Assembly: GCA_026395295.1 (NCBI GenBank)
Contig: JAPLYZ010000007.1
Coordinates: 66,518-130,517, forward strand
From: Candidatus Staskawiczbacteria bacterium
GTDB taxonomy: Bacteria; Patescibacteriota; Minisyncoccia; Minisyncoccales; Staskawiczbacteraceae
Reading direction: 5' to 3'
DNA length: 64,000 bases
Position 1 is the first letter of the stretch; every line of letters begins with the position of its first letter. The notes beneath the pieces are model-generated. The model was given only the letters and a program-made list of their open reading frames with translations, did no database searches and had not been told where the DNA came from. Below are positions 9,752 to 18,988 of this stretch, in pieces. The translations under genes and the position numbers were made by a program.

Positions 9752-10992
9752 TTTGGTAAAGGAAATTTTTTACATAATTTTTTTATTTCTTCCCTGACTT
9801 TTTTTACCGAATTTTTATTTGAAACAACCTCGTTTATCCAGCCGGCTATTATTTTCATTTCTTTTTCTTTCATTCCTCTTGTTGTAATTGCCGGGGTGCC
9901 CATTCTAATTCCCGAAGGCTTAAAAGGCGGAGCCGGGTCAAATGGAATACTATTTTTGTTAATTGTAATTCCGGCTTCTTCTAACAAATCTTGAGCTTCC
10001 GGTCCCGCAATATTCTTATTCCTCAAATCAATCAAAATTAAATGATTATCAGTTCCTCCAGAAACCAAGTTAAATCCGTATTCTTTTAATTCTTTAGCAA
10101 GGGCTCTGGCATTTTTAACTATTTGCTTGGCATATTTTTTGAACGCCGGTGTTGAAGCCTCTTTTAGGCACACAGCAATTCCTGCAATCTGATGCATGTG
10201 AGGTCCGCCTTGTAACCCGGGAAAAATTGCTCTATCTATTTTTTTTGGCAGATCAGGGTCTTTTTCAACTCCTTTTTGAGTTACCATAATCATCCCGCCC
10301 CTTGGCCCACGCAGAGTTTTGTGAGTTGTTGTTGAAACAATGTGTACATAAGGTACCGGACTTGGGTGAGCGCCTCCTGCAACTAATCCTGCAATGTGAG
10401 CTATGTCAGCTGCCAAATAAGCTCCAACGGAATCAGCAATTTCGCCCAATCTTTTCCAATCAAAAATTCTCGAATAAGCTGTTGCTCCAACAAAAATTAA
10501 TTTCGGCTTTTTCTCTTTCGCCAATTTTTCAACCTCATCATAATTTATCAAACCGGTTTTTTCATCAACTCCATACTGGACCGAATTATAAAACTTAGCG
10601 GAAAAATTAACTTTCCAGCCATGAGTTAAATGCCCGCCCATTGGCAAAGCCATGCCCATTATAGTGTCACCAGGCTCGCAAACAGCCATATAAACCGCTG
10701 CGTTTGCCGGCGAACCAGAATAAGGCTGAACATTTACATGCGCAACGCCAAATAATTTTTTTGCCCTATCTTGGCACAAATTTTCCAAAATATCGTAATA
10801 CTTTAATCCCGCATAATATCTTTTTCCCGGGTAACCCTCTGCATATTTGTCGGTGAGCAAAGAACCCAATGCCTCCCGCACAGCCGGAGAAGAATGGTTT
10901 TCTGAAGGAATCATTTCCAGAGACGTTTTTTGCCTCTCGGTTTCCAGCTCAATTAATTTTGCCACTTGCGGGTCCTGTTTTTTTAATTTCAT
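9748..10992 (-). CDS. glyA: Serine hydroxymethyltransferase
   Basis: [36 protein letters not shown]. Confidence 0.97.
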   Translation of the reverse strand: MKLKKQDPQVAKLIELETERQKTSLEMIPSENHSSPAVREALGSLLTDKYAEGYPGKRYYAGLKYYDILENLCQDRAKKLFGVAHVNVQPYSGSPANAAVYMAVCEPGDTIMGMALPMGGHLTHGWKVNFSAKFYNSVQYGVDEKTGLINYDEVEKLAKEKKPKLIFVGATAYSRIFDWKRLGEIADSVGAYLAADIAHIAGLVAGGAHPSPVPYVHIVSTTTHKTLRGPRGGMIMVTQKGVEKDPDLPKKIDRAIFPGLQGGPHMHQIAGIAVCLKEASTPAFKKYAKQIVKNARALAKELKEYGFNLVSGGTDNHLILIDLRNKNIAGPEAQDLLEEAGITINKNSIPFDPAPPFKPSGIRMGTPAITTRGMKEKEMKIIAGWINEVVSNKNSVKKVREEIKKLCKKFPLPK

Positions 10993-11552
10993 GGTCGTAA
11001 AATATTAATTTTATTATTCGTTAAATCTATTATGGTTGAAGACTTGTTTTCTGACAAATTACCTGCGTCGACTATTGTAATGTCTTGATTTTTAAATTGC
11101 TCTAAAATATCTGCTATTTTAACAGTGGCTGGCTCGCCCGAAATGTTAGCCGAGGTCTGGGCAATTGGTTTGCCGAACTTTTCTAAAATTAAATTCAACA
11201 GCTCATATTTTGGAATTCTAATACCAATTGTTTTGTCTTTATAAACCAATTTTGGAAGACTGCTGTTTTTAGCTTTTAAAATTACCGTATTTTTATTATC
11301 TTTCAAAAATTTTTCGTGCCTACTTTCTACAAAAGCCATCTCTTTGGCAGCCTCTATTTCCTTTACAAAAACTCCTAATGGCTTTGATTTGTCTCTTTTT
11401 TTTATTTCAAAAATTTTTTTAACAGCTTCTTCATTCTCTGCATCGCAAATCAGTCCATACACAGTGTCAGTTGGCAAGACTAAAACTGCCCCGTTTTGCA
11501 GAGCAGTAATTATTTTGCTTACATTATTTTTGTTCCCCTTTATTATTTCCAT
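10989..11552 (-). CDS. tsaC: L-threonylcarbamoyladenylate synthase (TsaC/Sua5)
   Basis: [29 protein letters not shown]. Confidence 0.92.
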   Translation of the reverse strand: MEIIKGNKNNVSKIITALQNGAVLVLPTDTVYGLICDAENEEAVKKIFEIKKRDKSKPLGVFVKEIEAAKEMAFVESRHEKFLKDNKNTVILKAKNSSLPKLVYKDKTIGIRIPKYELLNLILEKFGKPIAQTSANISGEPATVKIADILEQFKNQDITIVDAGNLSENKSSTIIDLTNNKINILRP

Positions 11553-12282
11553 CTTCTAAAAATTTAGACATTTTTTCGATATCCTTTGGCTCGCCAAAAT
11601 CTAACCAGTTATTATTTATTTCTATCACCCTTACCTTTTTTTCTTCAGCCAAAAGAGAAACAGCATCTGTGAGTTCATACTCTCCTCTCGGCGATTTGTT
11701 TACTTGAAAAACCTTATTAAAAATCTCATAGGTAAACTTATATAATCCTACATTTACCAAATTTCCCGCATATTCTTTGGGTTTTTCAATTATTGTCTTC
11801 AATAAATTACCTTCTGCTATTAAGACTCCGTATTTTTCTGGATTGTCGTGAACCAATCCGGCAACATAATTATAACCATCGTCAATGTTTATCGCCTTCA
11901 AGTCTTCTACTGAAAACAAATTATCGCCCGAAATAAACAAAAATTGCTCATTGCCAACAAAATTTTTAATTTCTTTCAGCATTAACGGACAAGCAGTGCC
12001 ATACTTATCTTCGGGTTTAAATTCTTTATTTTGGTCTGCAAACTTTATTGTAAACTCTCCAGACACAGGGGCCGTGTAGTTTTTGATAGATTTTTCTACC
12101 AATTCCTTTTTGTAACCTGCCACTATTATTATTTCTCTATAGCCGGCTTTGAAAAGGTTGTCTAAAACGTAAAACAAAAACGGTTTTCCACTAACTTCAA
12201 TCAGATGCTTGGGCTTATCATCAGTTAAGCTCAGCATGCGCTTTCCCCTGCCTGCGGCCGCAATTACCACTTTATTGACCAT
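11524..12282 (-). CDS. Sugar-phosphate nucleotidyltransferase
   Basis: IAAAGRGKRM..PKHL, IEKP, SPRGEYELTD. Confidence 0.88.
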   Translation of the reverse strand: MVNKVVIAAAGRGKRMLSLTDDKPKHLIEVSGKPFLFYVLDNLFKAGYREIIIVAGYKKELVEKSIKNYTAPVSGEFTIKFADQNKEFKPEDKYGTACPLMLKEIKNFVGNEQFLFISGDNLFSVEDLKAINIDDGYNYVAGLVHDNPEKYGVLIAEGNLLKTIIEKPKEYAGNLVNVGLYKFTYEIFNKVFQVNKSPRGEYELTDAVSLLAEEKKVRVIEINNNWLDFGEPKDIEKMSKFLEDGNNKGEQK

Positions 12283-12844
12283 ATCCTAGTTCTAATGCTT
12301 TAATATTCATTTCTCTGTATTTTTCCGGAATAACGTTTTTTATCGCTTGTAATACAGACTCTTTTTTCAATGGCATTAACTTCCTGCTTATGGCGTATCC
12401 CAAAAGGTAAACGCTGGAAAGCACTTGGTTTCCAAGTTTGTCCTTGCATATTTCTGAAGCTTTCACTAAATTCAATTTATCTTTTGGTAATTTGTTCAAC
12501 TCATCTAAAATTTCCTGCTCTTTCATAGAACCAATAAAAGGCGAGTTGAACATATTTATTAAAAATTTTGTTTGCGAGCCTGCCAATTCAACAGATCTTA
12601 AACCTTCCAAAAGTTCCTGCCCGATTACCAGGTCTGCCTGACCCTTGTAGACCAATGGAGAATAAACTTTTTTTCCAAATTTTATGTGGGCTTGGACGCT
12701 TCCTTCTCTCTGCGAAAGGCCATGAAGCTCTGAAGATTTTACGTCATAGCCATTTAAAAATGCAGACTCTGCAATAATGGCAACAAGAGTAACAATTCCT
12801 TGTCCGCCAACCCCTTTTATCAACATGTTAAAATTTTTAACCAT
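12272..12844 (-). CDS. iorB: Indolepyruvate:ferredoxin oxidoreductase beta subunit
   Basis: GVGGQG, SELHGLSQREGSV; adjacent to iorA. Confidence 0.88.
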   Translation of the reverse strand: MVKNFNMLIKGVGGQGIVTLVAIIAESAFLNGYDVKSSELHGLSQREGSVQAHIKFGKKVYSPLVYKGQADLVIGQELLEGLRSVELAGSQTKFLINMFNSPFIGSMKEQEILDELNKLPKDKLNLVKASEICKDKLGNQVLSSVYLLGYAISRKLMPLKKESVLQAIKNVIPEKYREMNIKALELGYGQ

Positions 12845-12846
12845 AA

Positions 12847-14484
12847 TTATTCTTTAGCTGCTTGTTGGCGGCGAGCTAACAAAGCACAAATTAATTTACA
12901 AACTATTACCGACACCTCGTCTTTTTCCAAAAATTCTTTTATTGTTGCGTCCAGCTCTTTGATGTTTGAAGGGTCCAGCACTTTAACATTTTTAACTCCG
13001 CAAGCCTTGGCAATATCTGCTATTTGCAATTCCTCAGCATCTTTGCCCATTAAATTTTTGCCCATGCCCGGATTGTTCTGATGCCCGGTCATTGCAGTTA
13101 TTCTGTTATCTAAAACAATAAGTATAGGGCTTGATTTGTTGTATACTGTATTAATTAAAGCTGGTATGCCGGCATGGAAAAATGTGCCGTCACCCATTAA
13201 GCTGATAACTTTTTGCCCGGTAGCTTTACTAACGCCATGGCTTATTCCTAGTCCGGCTCCCATAGCAAATTCATAGTCTTGCGTATTGTGAGGCGGATAA
13301 CCGGCAATCATATAACAACCAATGTCTCCTCCAAATACTGCATTAGGCGCTATTCTTTTGAGCGCGGCTATTGTGTACAAATGAGGACAGCCTTGGCACA
13401 ATTTTGGATAACGTCTTGGCGCTTTTGCGATAGATGCGCTCTCCTTGCTAAGCGTAAATTTTTTGCCGGTGATTTTAGATAAAGCTAACTCAATTTTCCC
13501 TGTGTCCAACTCGCCAATAACTGGCAACAAGTCTTTGCCGAATATTTGAAGTTTCGGGTTTGCCTCTTTAGCAATGGCCTTTATTTCTTTTTCTAAATAT
13601 CCGTCCAGCTCCTCAACAATTAGAACCTTTTTCAAACCCTTGATAAACTTTGCAATTTTCTTTTCTGTCAAAGGATAGAACAACCCCAGTTTCAAAACAG
13701 GCGCGCTCAGTTGCATTTCATCTAACGCCTCTAAGGTGTGCAAATGCGCCACTCCGCTTGTGATAATTCCAAGTTGGGGGGACGTCCGACGTCCGCTTAC
13801 TTTATTTAATACCGAAGATTTTTCCGCAAAAGCGCTAATTTTTTCTGTTTTCTCCAACAACTCTGCTTTCATTTCCAGAACTCTTGGAGGCATTGTGCAA
13901 AACTGCTTTGGATTTTTGACGAAGTCACCCCGCGTAGCTTTAGCAGAGTGGGGTTCTTCAAAATCAACTATCATTTTTTGGTGGTTAACTCTTGTAGTGG
14001 TTCTTAGAATAACCGGCGTATTAAACTTTTCAGAAATTTCAAATCCAAGTTTTGTAAAATCATAACACTCCTGCGGGTCGGCGGGCTCTAACATGGGAAT
14101 ATGGCTTAAATACGCGTAAGCCCTGGAATTTTGCTCTGTCTGCGCCGAACTCCAGCATGAAGGATCATCAGCCACAACAATAACCATTGGCGCTTTAGTG
14201 CCTGTGTAGGCTAACGGCAACAAGGAATCTGAACAAACATTTATTCCAAAACTTTTCATATTTACCAGAGATTTTAATCCTGAAAAGCTCGCTCCGATAG
14301 CTGCCTCTAATGCAACTTTTTCGTTGGTTGACCACTCGGCGTAAACACCATTCTTCTCGGCGATTTTTCCAAATTCATCTCCAATTTCAGCTGAAGGACA
14401 CCCAGGATAGCCCGAGACAAATGACACCCCAGACACCAGAGCCCCTTTGACTATTGCTTCATTACCTAATAATATTTTTTTCAT
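12847..14484 (-). CDS. iorA: Indolepyruvate:ferredoxin oxidoreductase alpha subunit, without C-terminal ferredoxin domain
   Basis: LLGNEAI, GYPGCPS, NEKVALE, LCQGCPH, GDIGCY, GDGTFFH, TAMTGHQ. Confidence 0.9.
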   Translation of the reverse strand: MKKILLGNEAIVKGALVSGVSFVSGYPGCPSAEIGDEFGKIAEKNGVYAEWSTNEKVALEAAIGASFSGLKSLVNMKSFGINVCSDSLLPLAYTGTKAPMVIVVADDPSCWSSAQTEQNSRAYAYLSHIPMLEPADPQECYDFTKLGFEISEKFNTPVILRTTTRVNHQKMIVDFEEPHSAKATRGDFVKNPKQFCTMPPRVLEMKAELLEKTEKISAFAEKSSVLNKVSGRRTSPQLGIITSGVAHLHTLEALDEMQLSAPVLKLGLFYPLTEKKIAKFIKGLKKVLIVEELDGYLEKEIKAIAKEANPKLQIFGKDLLPVIGELDTGKIELALSKITGKKFTLSKESASIAKAPRRYPKLCQGCPHLYTIAALKRIAPNAVFGGDIGCYMIAGYPPHNTQDYEFAMGAGLGISHGVSKATGQKVISLMGDGTFFHAGIPALINTVYNKSSPILIVLDNRITAMTGHQNNPGMGKNLMGKDAEELQIADIAKACGVKNVKVLDPSNIKELDATIKEFLEKDEVSVIVCKLICALLARRQQAAKE

Positions 14485-14489
14485 ATTTC

Positions 14490-16952
14490 TTAAATAACTA
14501 TGTTAATTAATTTATTGGGGACAAAGATTATTTTTACGGGCTTTTTATCACCCATCAAATTTTTTATTTTCTCTGATTTAAAAACTATCTTCTCTATTTC
14601 TTTTTGCGAAAGCCCGACATTGGCAATTATCTTATCTCTTACTTTACCATTTATCTGAACTATTAAAAGTATATTTTTTTCTTCAATTAATTTCTCGTCG
14701 TACTTCGGCCATTTTTGTTCGCAACACATTTCTTTGAACCCAGCATTACGCCAAAGTTCTTCTGCCAGGTGAGGGGCGAAAGGAGATAAAATTGTTAAAA
14801 AATCTGCTATGTCTTTCTTCTCTAAACCGATTTCCGAAACTTGCCATACATTTACAAATTCCATCATAGAACTTACAGCAGTATTGAATTTCATCAGCTC
14901 AATATCTTCCCCGACTTTCTTGATTGTTTTGTGCAAAAGTTTTTTCAAACTTTCTTCTGTCTTTGATGACAGATCCTTCTTTGTGACTAAATTATAAACT
15001 TTTTCAATAAATCTTCGGCAACCCACAACTCCTTTTGTGTCCCACGGAATCATTTGTTCAAAAGGGCCCATAAACATTTCGTAAAGGCGCAAAGTGTCGG
15101 CTCCGAACTGTTTCACAACTGTGTCAGGATTTATAACATTGCCCTTTGACTTTGACATTTTAATTCCGCCCTCTCCTAAAACCATTCCATGAGAAGTTCT
15201 TTTTTTATATGGCTCCGATCCAATTGAAGTTGACACAGCTCCAATATCCCACAAAAACTTAAAAATAAATCTTGAATACAAAAGGTGCAAAGTTGTGTGC
15301 TCCATTCCGCCATTATACCAATCAACCGGCATCCAGTATTTTGATAATGCTTCATCAACCAATTTCTTGCTGTTTTTTGGATCAACATATCTCAAATAAT
15401 ACCAGTTTGAACCTGCCCAGTTAGGCATTGTGTCTGTTTCTCTCTGAGCCAAACCTCCACATTTAGGACACTTAACCTCAACCCATTTTTTAATCAAAGC
15501 AAGCGGAGACTCTCCTGTGTCTGTCGGCTTGTATTTCTTAACGTTCGGCAATTTCACCGGCAAGTCTTTTTCGTCAACCGGCATCCAGCCTGCCTCAGCC
15601 GAACCGCCCATTGAAGCGCACTTTTTGCAATAAATCATTGGTATGGGCTCGCCCCAATAATGCTGGCGGGAAAAAACCCAGTCTCTCAGTTTATAACTTA
15701 TTTTCGGCTGAGCCAAACCCTTGAACGCCAGCCACGTTATTATTTTTGGTCTGGCTTCGGCTGACTTTAATCCATCAAACTGCGCCGAGTTATACAAGGT
15801 TCCTTCCCCTTCAAAAGATTCCTCTAAATTTTTTGTTTTTTGAGCCAAGACCTCATCATCGGGTCTTACAGAAGTCCTCAAGGGTATGCCATATTTTCTC
15901 CCCATTTTAAAATCTCTCTTGTCGTGAGCATCTGCAAAAACCGCGCCGGTACCGTACTGCTCTAAAACAAAATCAGCGACCCAAACCGGCATTTCCTCAT
16001 TGGTTGCCGGGTTTCTGACCGTAATTCCTTTCAGTTGCACGCCGGTTATTTCCTTGTCCTGATTTGTCCTGTCCATATCAGAAACATTTTTTGAGTCTTC
16101 TCTGTATTTGAAAACTTCATCTATATTTTCAATCTTGTTTTTGTATTTACCTATAAAACTATGCCCGGGCGATAAAATCAAAAAAGTTCCGGAAAAAATT
16201 GTATCAATTCTGGTTGTAAAAACTTCTATAAACTCTTCCACTCCTTCAACGGGAAACTTGACCAAAGCTCCGTGCGATTCGCCAATCCAATCTTTTTGCT
16301 GTGTTTTAATTTTTTCCAAATAATCAACCGAGTCCAAGTCCCTGATCAATCTTTCAGCATAGTTGGTAATTTTTATCATCCACTGGTCTTTTTCCCTTTT
16401 CTCAACTTTCGTCCCGCACCTTTCGCAGTTTCCCGCAACAACCTCCTCATTAGCCAAACCAATCTTACACGAAGGGCACCAGTTAATTGAAATTTTCGCT
16501 TTATAAGCCAAACCATTTTCAAACAGCTTCACAAAAATCCATTGAGTCCATTTGTAGTACTTCGGGTCGGTTGTATTTATTTCTCTTGACCAATCAAAAG
16601 ACAGCCCCAAACTTTTCATCTGACGCCTGAAATTATCTGTATTCTTTTTTGTAACAACAGACGGATGAACACCTTTTTTAATGGCGTAGTTTTCTGTTGG
16701 CAAGCCAAAGGCATCCCAGCCCATTGGATACAAAACATTATAGCCCTGCATCCTTCTTTTGCGGGCAATTATGTCAAAAGCAGTAAAACTCCGGCAATGA
16801 CCCACATGAAGCCCATCTCCCGAGGGATATGGAAACTCCACCATAAGATAGTATTTCTTCTTCTTAGAGCCGTTTTTTGCCTTAAAAACACTGGAGCCAT
16901 ACCACTTCTCCTGCCATTTTGCTTCAATTTTCCTCGGATTATACTTTGCCAT
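14490..16952 (-). CDS. leuS: Leucine--tRNA ligase
   Basis: FPYPSGDGLHVGH, GWDAFGLP, RDWVFSRQHYWG, KMSKS. Confidence 0.97.
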   Translation of the reverse strand: MAKYNPRKIEAKWQEKWYGSSVFKAKNGSKKKKYYLMVEFPYPSGDGLHVGHCRSFTAFDIIARKRRMQGYNVLYPMGWDAFGLPTENYAIKKGVHPSVVTKKNTDNFRRQMKSLGLSFDWSREINTTDPKYYKWTQWIFVKLFENGLAYKAKISINWCPSCKIGLANEEVVAGNCERCGTKVEKREKDQWMIKITNYAERLIRDLDSVDYLEKIKTQQKDWIGESHGALVKFPVEGVEEFIEVFTTRIDTIFSGTFLILSPGHSFIGKYKNKIENIDEVFKYREDSKNVSDMDRTNQDKEITGVQLKGITVRNPATNEEMPVWVADFVLEQYGTGAVFADAHDKRDFKMGRKYGIPLRTSVRPDDEVLAQKTKNLEESFEGEGTLYNSAQFDGLKSAEARPKIITWLAFKGLAQPKISYKLRDWVFSRQHYWGEPIPMIYCKKCASMGGSAEAGWMPVDEKDLPVKLPNVKKYKPTDTGESPLALIKKWVEVKCPKCGGLAQRETDTMPNWAGSNWYYLRYVDPKNSKKLVDEALSKYWMPVDWYNGGMEHTTLHLLYSRFIFKFLWDIGAVSTSIGSEPYKKRTSHGMVLGEGGIKMSKSKGNVINPDTVVKQFGADTLRLYEMFMGPFEQMIPWDTKGVVGCRRFIEKVYNLVTKKDLSSKTEESLKKLLHKTIKKVGEDIELMKFNTAVSSMMEFVNVWQVSEIGLEKKDIADFLTILSPFAPHLAEELWRNAGFKEMCCEQKWPKYDEKLIEEKNILLIVQINGKVRDKIIANVGLSQKEIEKIVFKSEKIKNLMGDKKPVKIIFVPNKLINIVI

Positions 16953-16992
16953 AATTATTTATAATAGCAAAGTTCTTTTGTGCAGTAAACTC

Positions 16993-17041
16993 TTGACGCC
17001 GTCATAGAGATTATGCTATAATTTTTATATGCACTTTAACA
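16993..17041 (+). promoter_or_regulatory. sigma70 promoter plus boxA-like motif
   Basis: TTGACG-18-TATAAT, then TGCACTTTAACA at 17030-17041. Confidence 0.65.
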
Positions 17042-17061
17042 ACTACACCATTCGGAGAATA

Positions 17062-17316
17062 ATGAAAAAACGAAGCGTCAAATTAATATTCCGCTGGTCA
17101 ATACTAATCTTCATATCCAGTCTAACCTGGTATCTACTCTCGGGTGACCCCGTTCCCGTGCATCTCCTTGTTGGAGCACTCTGGGTCTGTCTAGTTTGCA
17201 CCATAGACATTGCTTTAACGGCGTTTATGGGATTCATTCTGCTAGGCTTCTTCTGCTGGCTCGCCTCACCAAATTCATGGAGAACAATCTATCACTGGCT
17301 ACTAGCCATAGATTGA
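17062..17316 (+). CDS. Small hydrophobic membrane protein of unknown function
   Basis: GGAG SD before ATG 17062, about 3 hydrophobic segments, own promoter and terminator. Confidence 0.6.
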   Translation: MKKRSVKLIFRWSILIFISSLTWYLLSGDPVPVHLLVGALWVCLVCTIDIALTAFMGFILLGFFCWLASPNSWRTIYHWLLAID

Positions 17317-17336
17317 TCAAGCCGAATAATTTAAAA

Positions 17337-17370
17337 GACTGTCGATAATCGTCGGACAGTCCTTTTTTTT
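17337..17370 (+). terminator. Intrinsic terminator
   Basis: gactgtc..gacagtc followed by a T run. Confidence 0.7.
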
Positions 17371-17427
17371 GTTCCAAAAATTACATTACAAACAACTTTG
17401 TAGATACTTTTTCACACTTTCTTACAG

Positions 17428-17463
17428 ATACTTTTTAATTTGCGACCGCAGAATAAAAAGTAT
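17428..17463 (-). repeat. 36-bp palindrome P1, copy 1
   Basis: atactttttaatttgcg-ac-cgcagaataaaaagtat. Confidence 0.85.
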
Positions 17464-17484
17464 TCAACATATCTTACACTTTTC

Positions 17485-18057
17485 TTAGACTTTAAAAAAT
17501 TTTCTGAATTCTTTGTCGTCTCCTATGTCCTGTGAAATTACCAGCTTAGCTTCTTTGCCGTTTAACCCAAAAAAAGATTTTAACAAATTCACTTCTTTTG
17601 CGCAATCGTATGGATTAATCCAAGCGCTTTTCTGAAATAATTGAAAACCCAACTCTTTTAACTTCCCTCTCAGAGCTTCTCTATACGTTCTTTTCATCTC
17701 AGCTATATCAAATAATAGAATCCTCCATTTACCATCCCACTTTTTTGGTTTTATAATTCTTAAATCGTCTATCTGTAGCCAACCAGCTTTCTTTTTACCT
17801 CTCTCTGTAAGAGAAATATATATTTGGTTATTTTTCTCATAAAAATTAACGAACCCCCGCTCCTTCAATTTATAAAAAGTATCATAAACCTTTTTATGAG
17901 GATATTTTCTAAATTTCTTAAAACTCCGCGCAAGATTAACGACAAAAAATGGAGAGGTTGCCGCGATTACTACCATTCCTCCGATTATTAAAAATCCTAA
18001 TACATCTTTTACAATTTCCGACTTAGGGCTTGAAAAATAATTTCTGTATTTATTCAT
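17485..18057 (-). CDS. CPR PaaX-like protein (wHTH plus Cas2/VapD-like domain)
   Basis: wHTH ending SLTERG, then KWDGKWRILLFDIAE..LKELGFQLFQKSAWINPYDC; leaderless TATAAT-6nt-ATG. Confidence 0.85.
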   Translation of the reverse strand: MNKYRNYFSSPKSEIVKDVLGFLIIGGMVVIAATSPFFVVNLARSFKKFRKYPHKKVYDTFYKLKERGFVNFYEKNNQIYISLTERGKKKAGWLQIDDLRIIKPKKWDGKWRILLFDIAEMKRTYREALRGKLKELGFQLFQKSAWINPYDCAKEVNLLKSFFGLNGKEAKLVISQDIGDDKEFRKFFKV

Positions 18058-18083
18058 ATTTTAATTATATCACAACAATCCAA

Positions 18084-18121
18084 AATACGCCAAATTCTGC
18101 GGTCGCAGAATTTGGCGTATT
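18084..18121 (+). repeat. Palindrome P1, copy 2 (perfect 18-bp arms)
   Basis: aatacgccaaattctgcg-gt-cgcagaatttggcgtatt. Confidence 0.9.
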
Positions 18122-18143
18122 CTAACTAGTACAAACATGCATA

Positions 18144-18986
18144 CTAAATGCGAAACAATTTTTTGGCGTTATCCGTGGTTTTATCCGCGACTTCTTGAAA
18201 AGTCATACCCTTTAAGTCTGCTATTTTTTGGATAACGTGTTTTACAAAAATCGGCTCATTCCTGCCAGCCTCCGCCAAAGCTACGGCGGCCAAGGGCGTT
18301 AGATAGGGGCAATCTGTCTCAACCAAAATTTTGTCCAGCGGAGTTTTTTCAATCACCTCCTTCAAATCCAATTTATCAATTATTCCATTAATGCCTAAGT
18401 AAAAACCTAGTTCCATATATTTCTGCGCCTCTGCCCAATTGCCGGTAAAACAATGAATCGTGCCTATAACTTTTTTGTTTGCCAAAATTTCTAACACGTC
18501 TTGATGCGCCATGCGACAATGAATGATCACAGGCAAGTTTAATTCTTCTGCCAATTCTAACTGTTGTATGAAAACTTTTTTCTGTTTCTGCTTAAATTGT
18601 TCTGTTTTGGTTTTACTTTTTGGTTTGTAATAGTAGTCTAAACCAATCTCGCCGATTGCTACCACCCGCCTTCGCCCTCCGGGCTTCGGCAGGGCAAGCT
18701 TTTTATAATTTTCGTAATTAAATTCTTCGCCAAGCGGTTCAAACGCGCCCTCCTCTTCGTCCATTCTTAATTTCAGTAAGTCTGTTTTTATATGGATAGG
18801 ATGCATTCCAATTGCAGCAAAAATTCCTTCATTCTTTTCAGCCAGTTCAACAGCTCTCTTTGAAGTTTCATATTTTGTTCCAACATCAATACAAAGCAAG
18901 CCTGCTTGTTGACAGCGTTTTACAACCTCCTCCCTATCAGCATCATACGCTTTGAAATTTAAATGACTATGCGTATCAATTATCAT
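18144..18986 (-). CDS. tatD: TatD family nuclease
   Basis: IDTHSH, GMHP, IGEIGLDY, HCR, HCF, ETDCPYL. Confidence 0.95.
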   Translation of the reverse strand: MIIDTHSHLNFKAYDADREEVVKRCQQAGLLCIDVGTKYETSKRAVELAEKNEGIFAAIGMHPIHIKTDLLKLRMDEEEGAFEPLGEEFNYENYKKLALPKPGGRRRVVAIGEIGLDYYYKPKSKTKTEQFKQKQKKVFIQQLELAEELNLPVIIHCRMAHQDVLEILANKKVIGTIHCFTGNWAEAQKYMELGFYLGINGIIDKLDLKEVIEKTPLDKILVETDCPYLTPLAAVALAEAGRNEPIFVKHVIQKIADLKGMTFQEVADKTTDNAKKLFRI

Positions 18987-18988
18987 TT

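Noticed and set aside
17485-18057. CRISPR-Cas locus suggested by the Cas2-like motif and ~36-bp palindromes
   Set aside because: No cas1 or effector genes; the P1 copies are 0.6-7 kb apart, not a repeat-spacer array.
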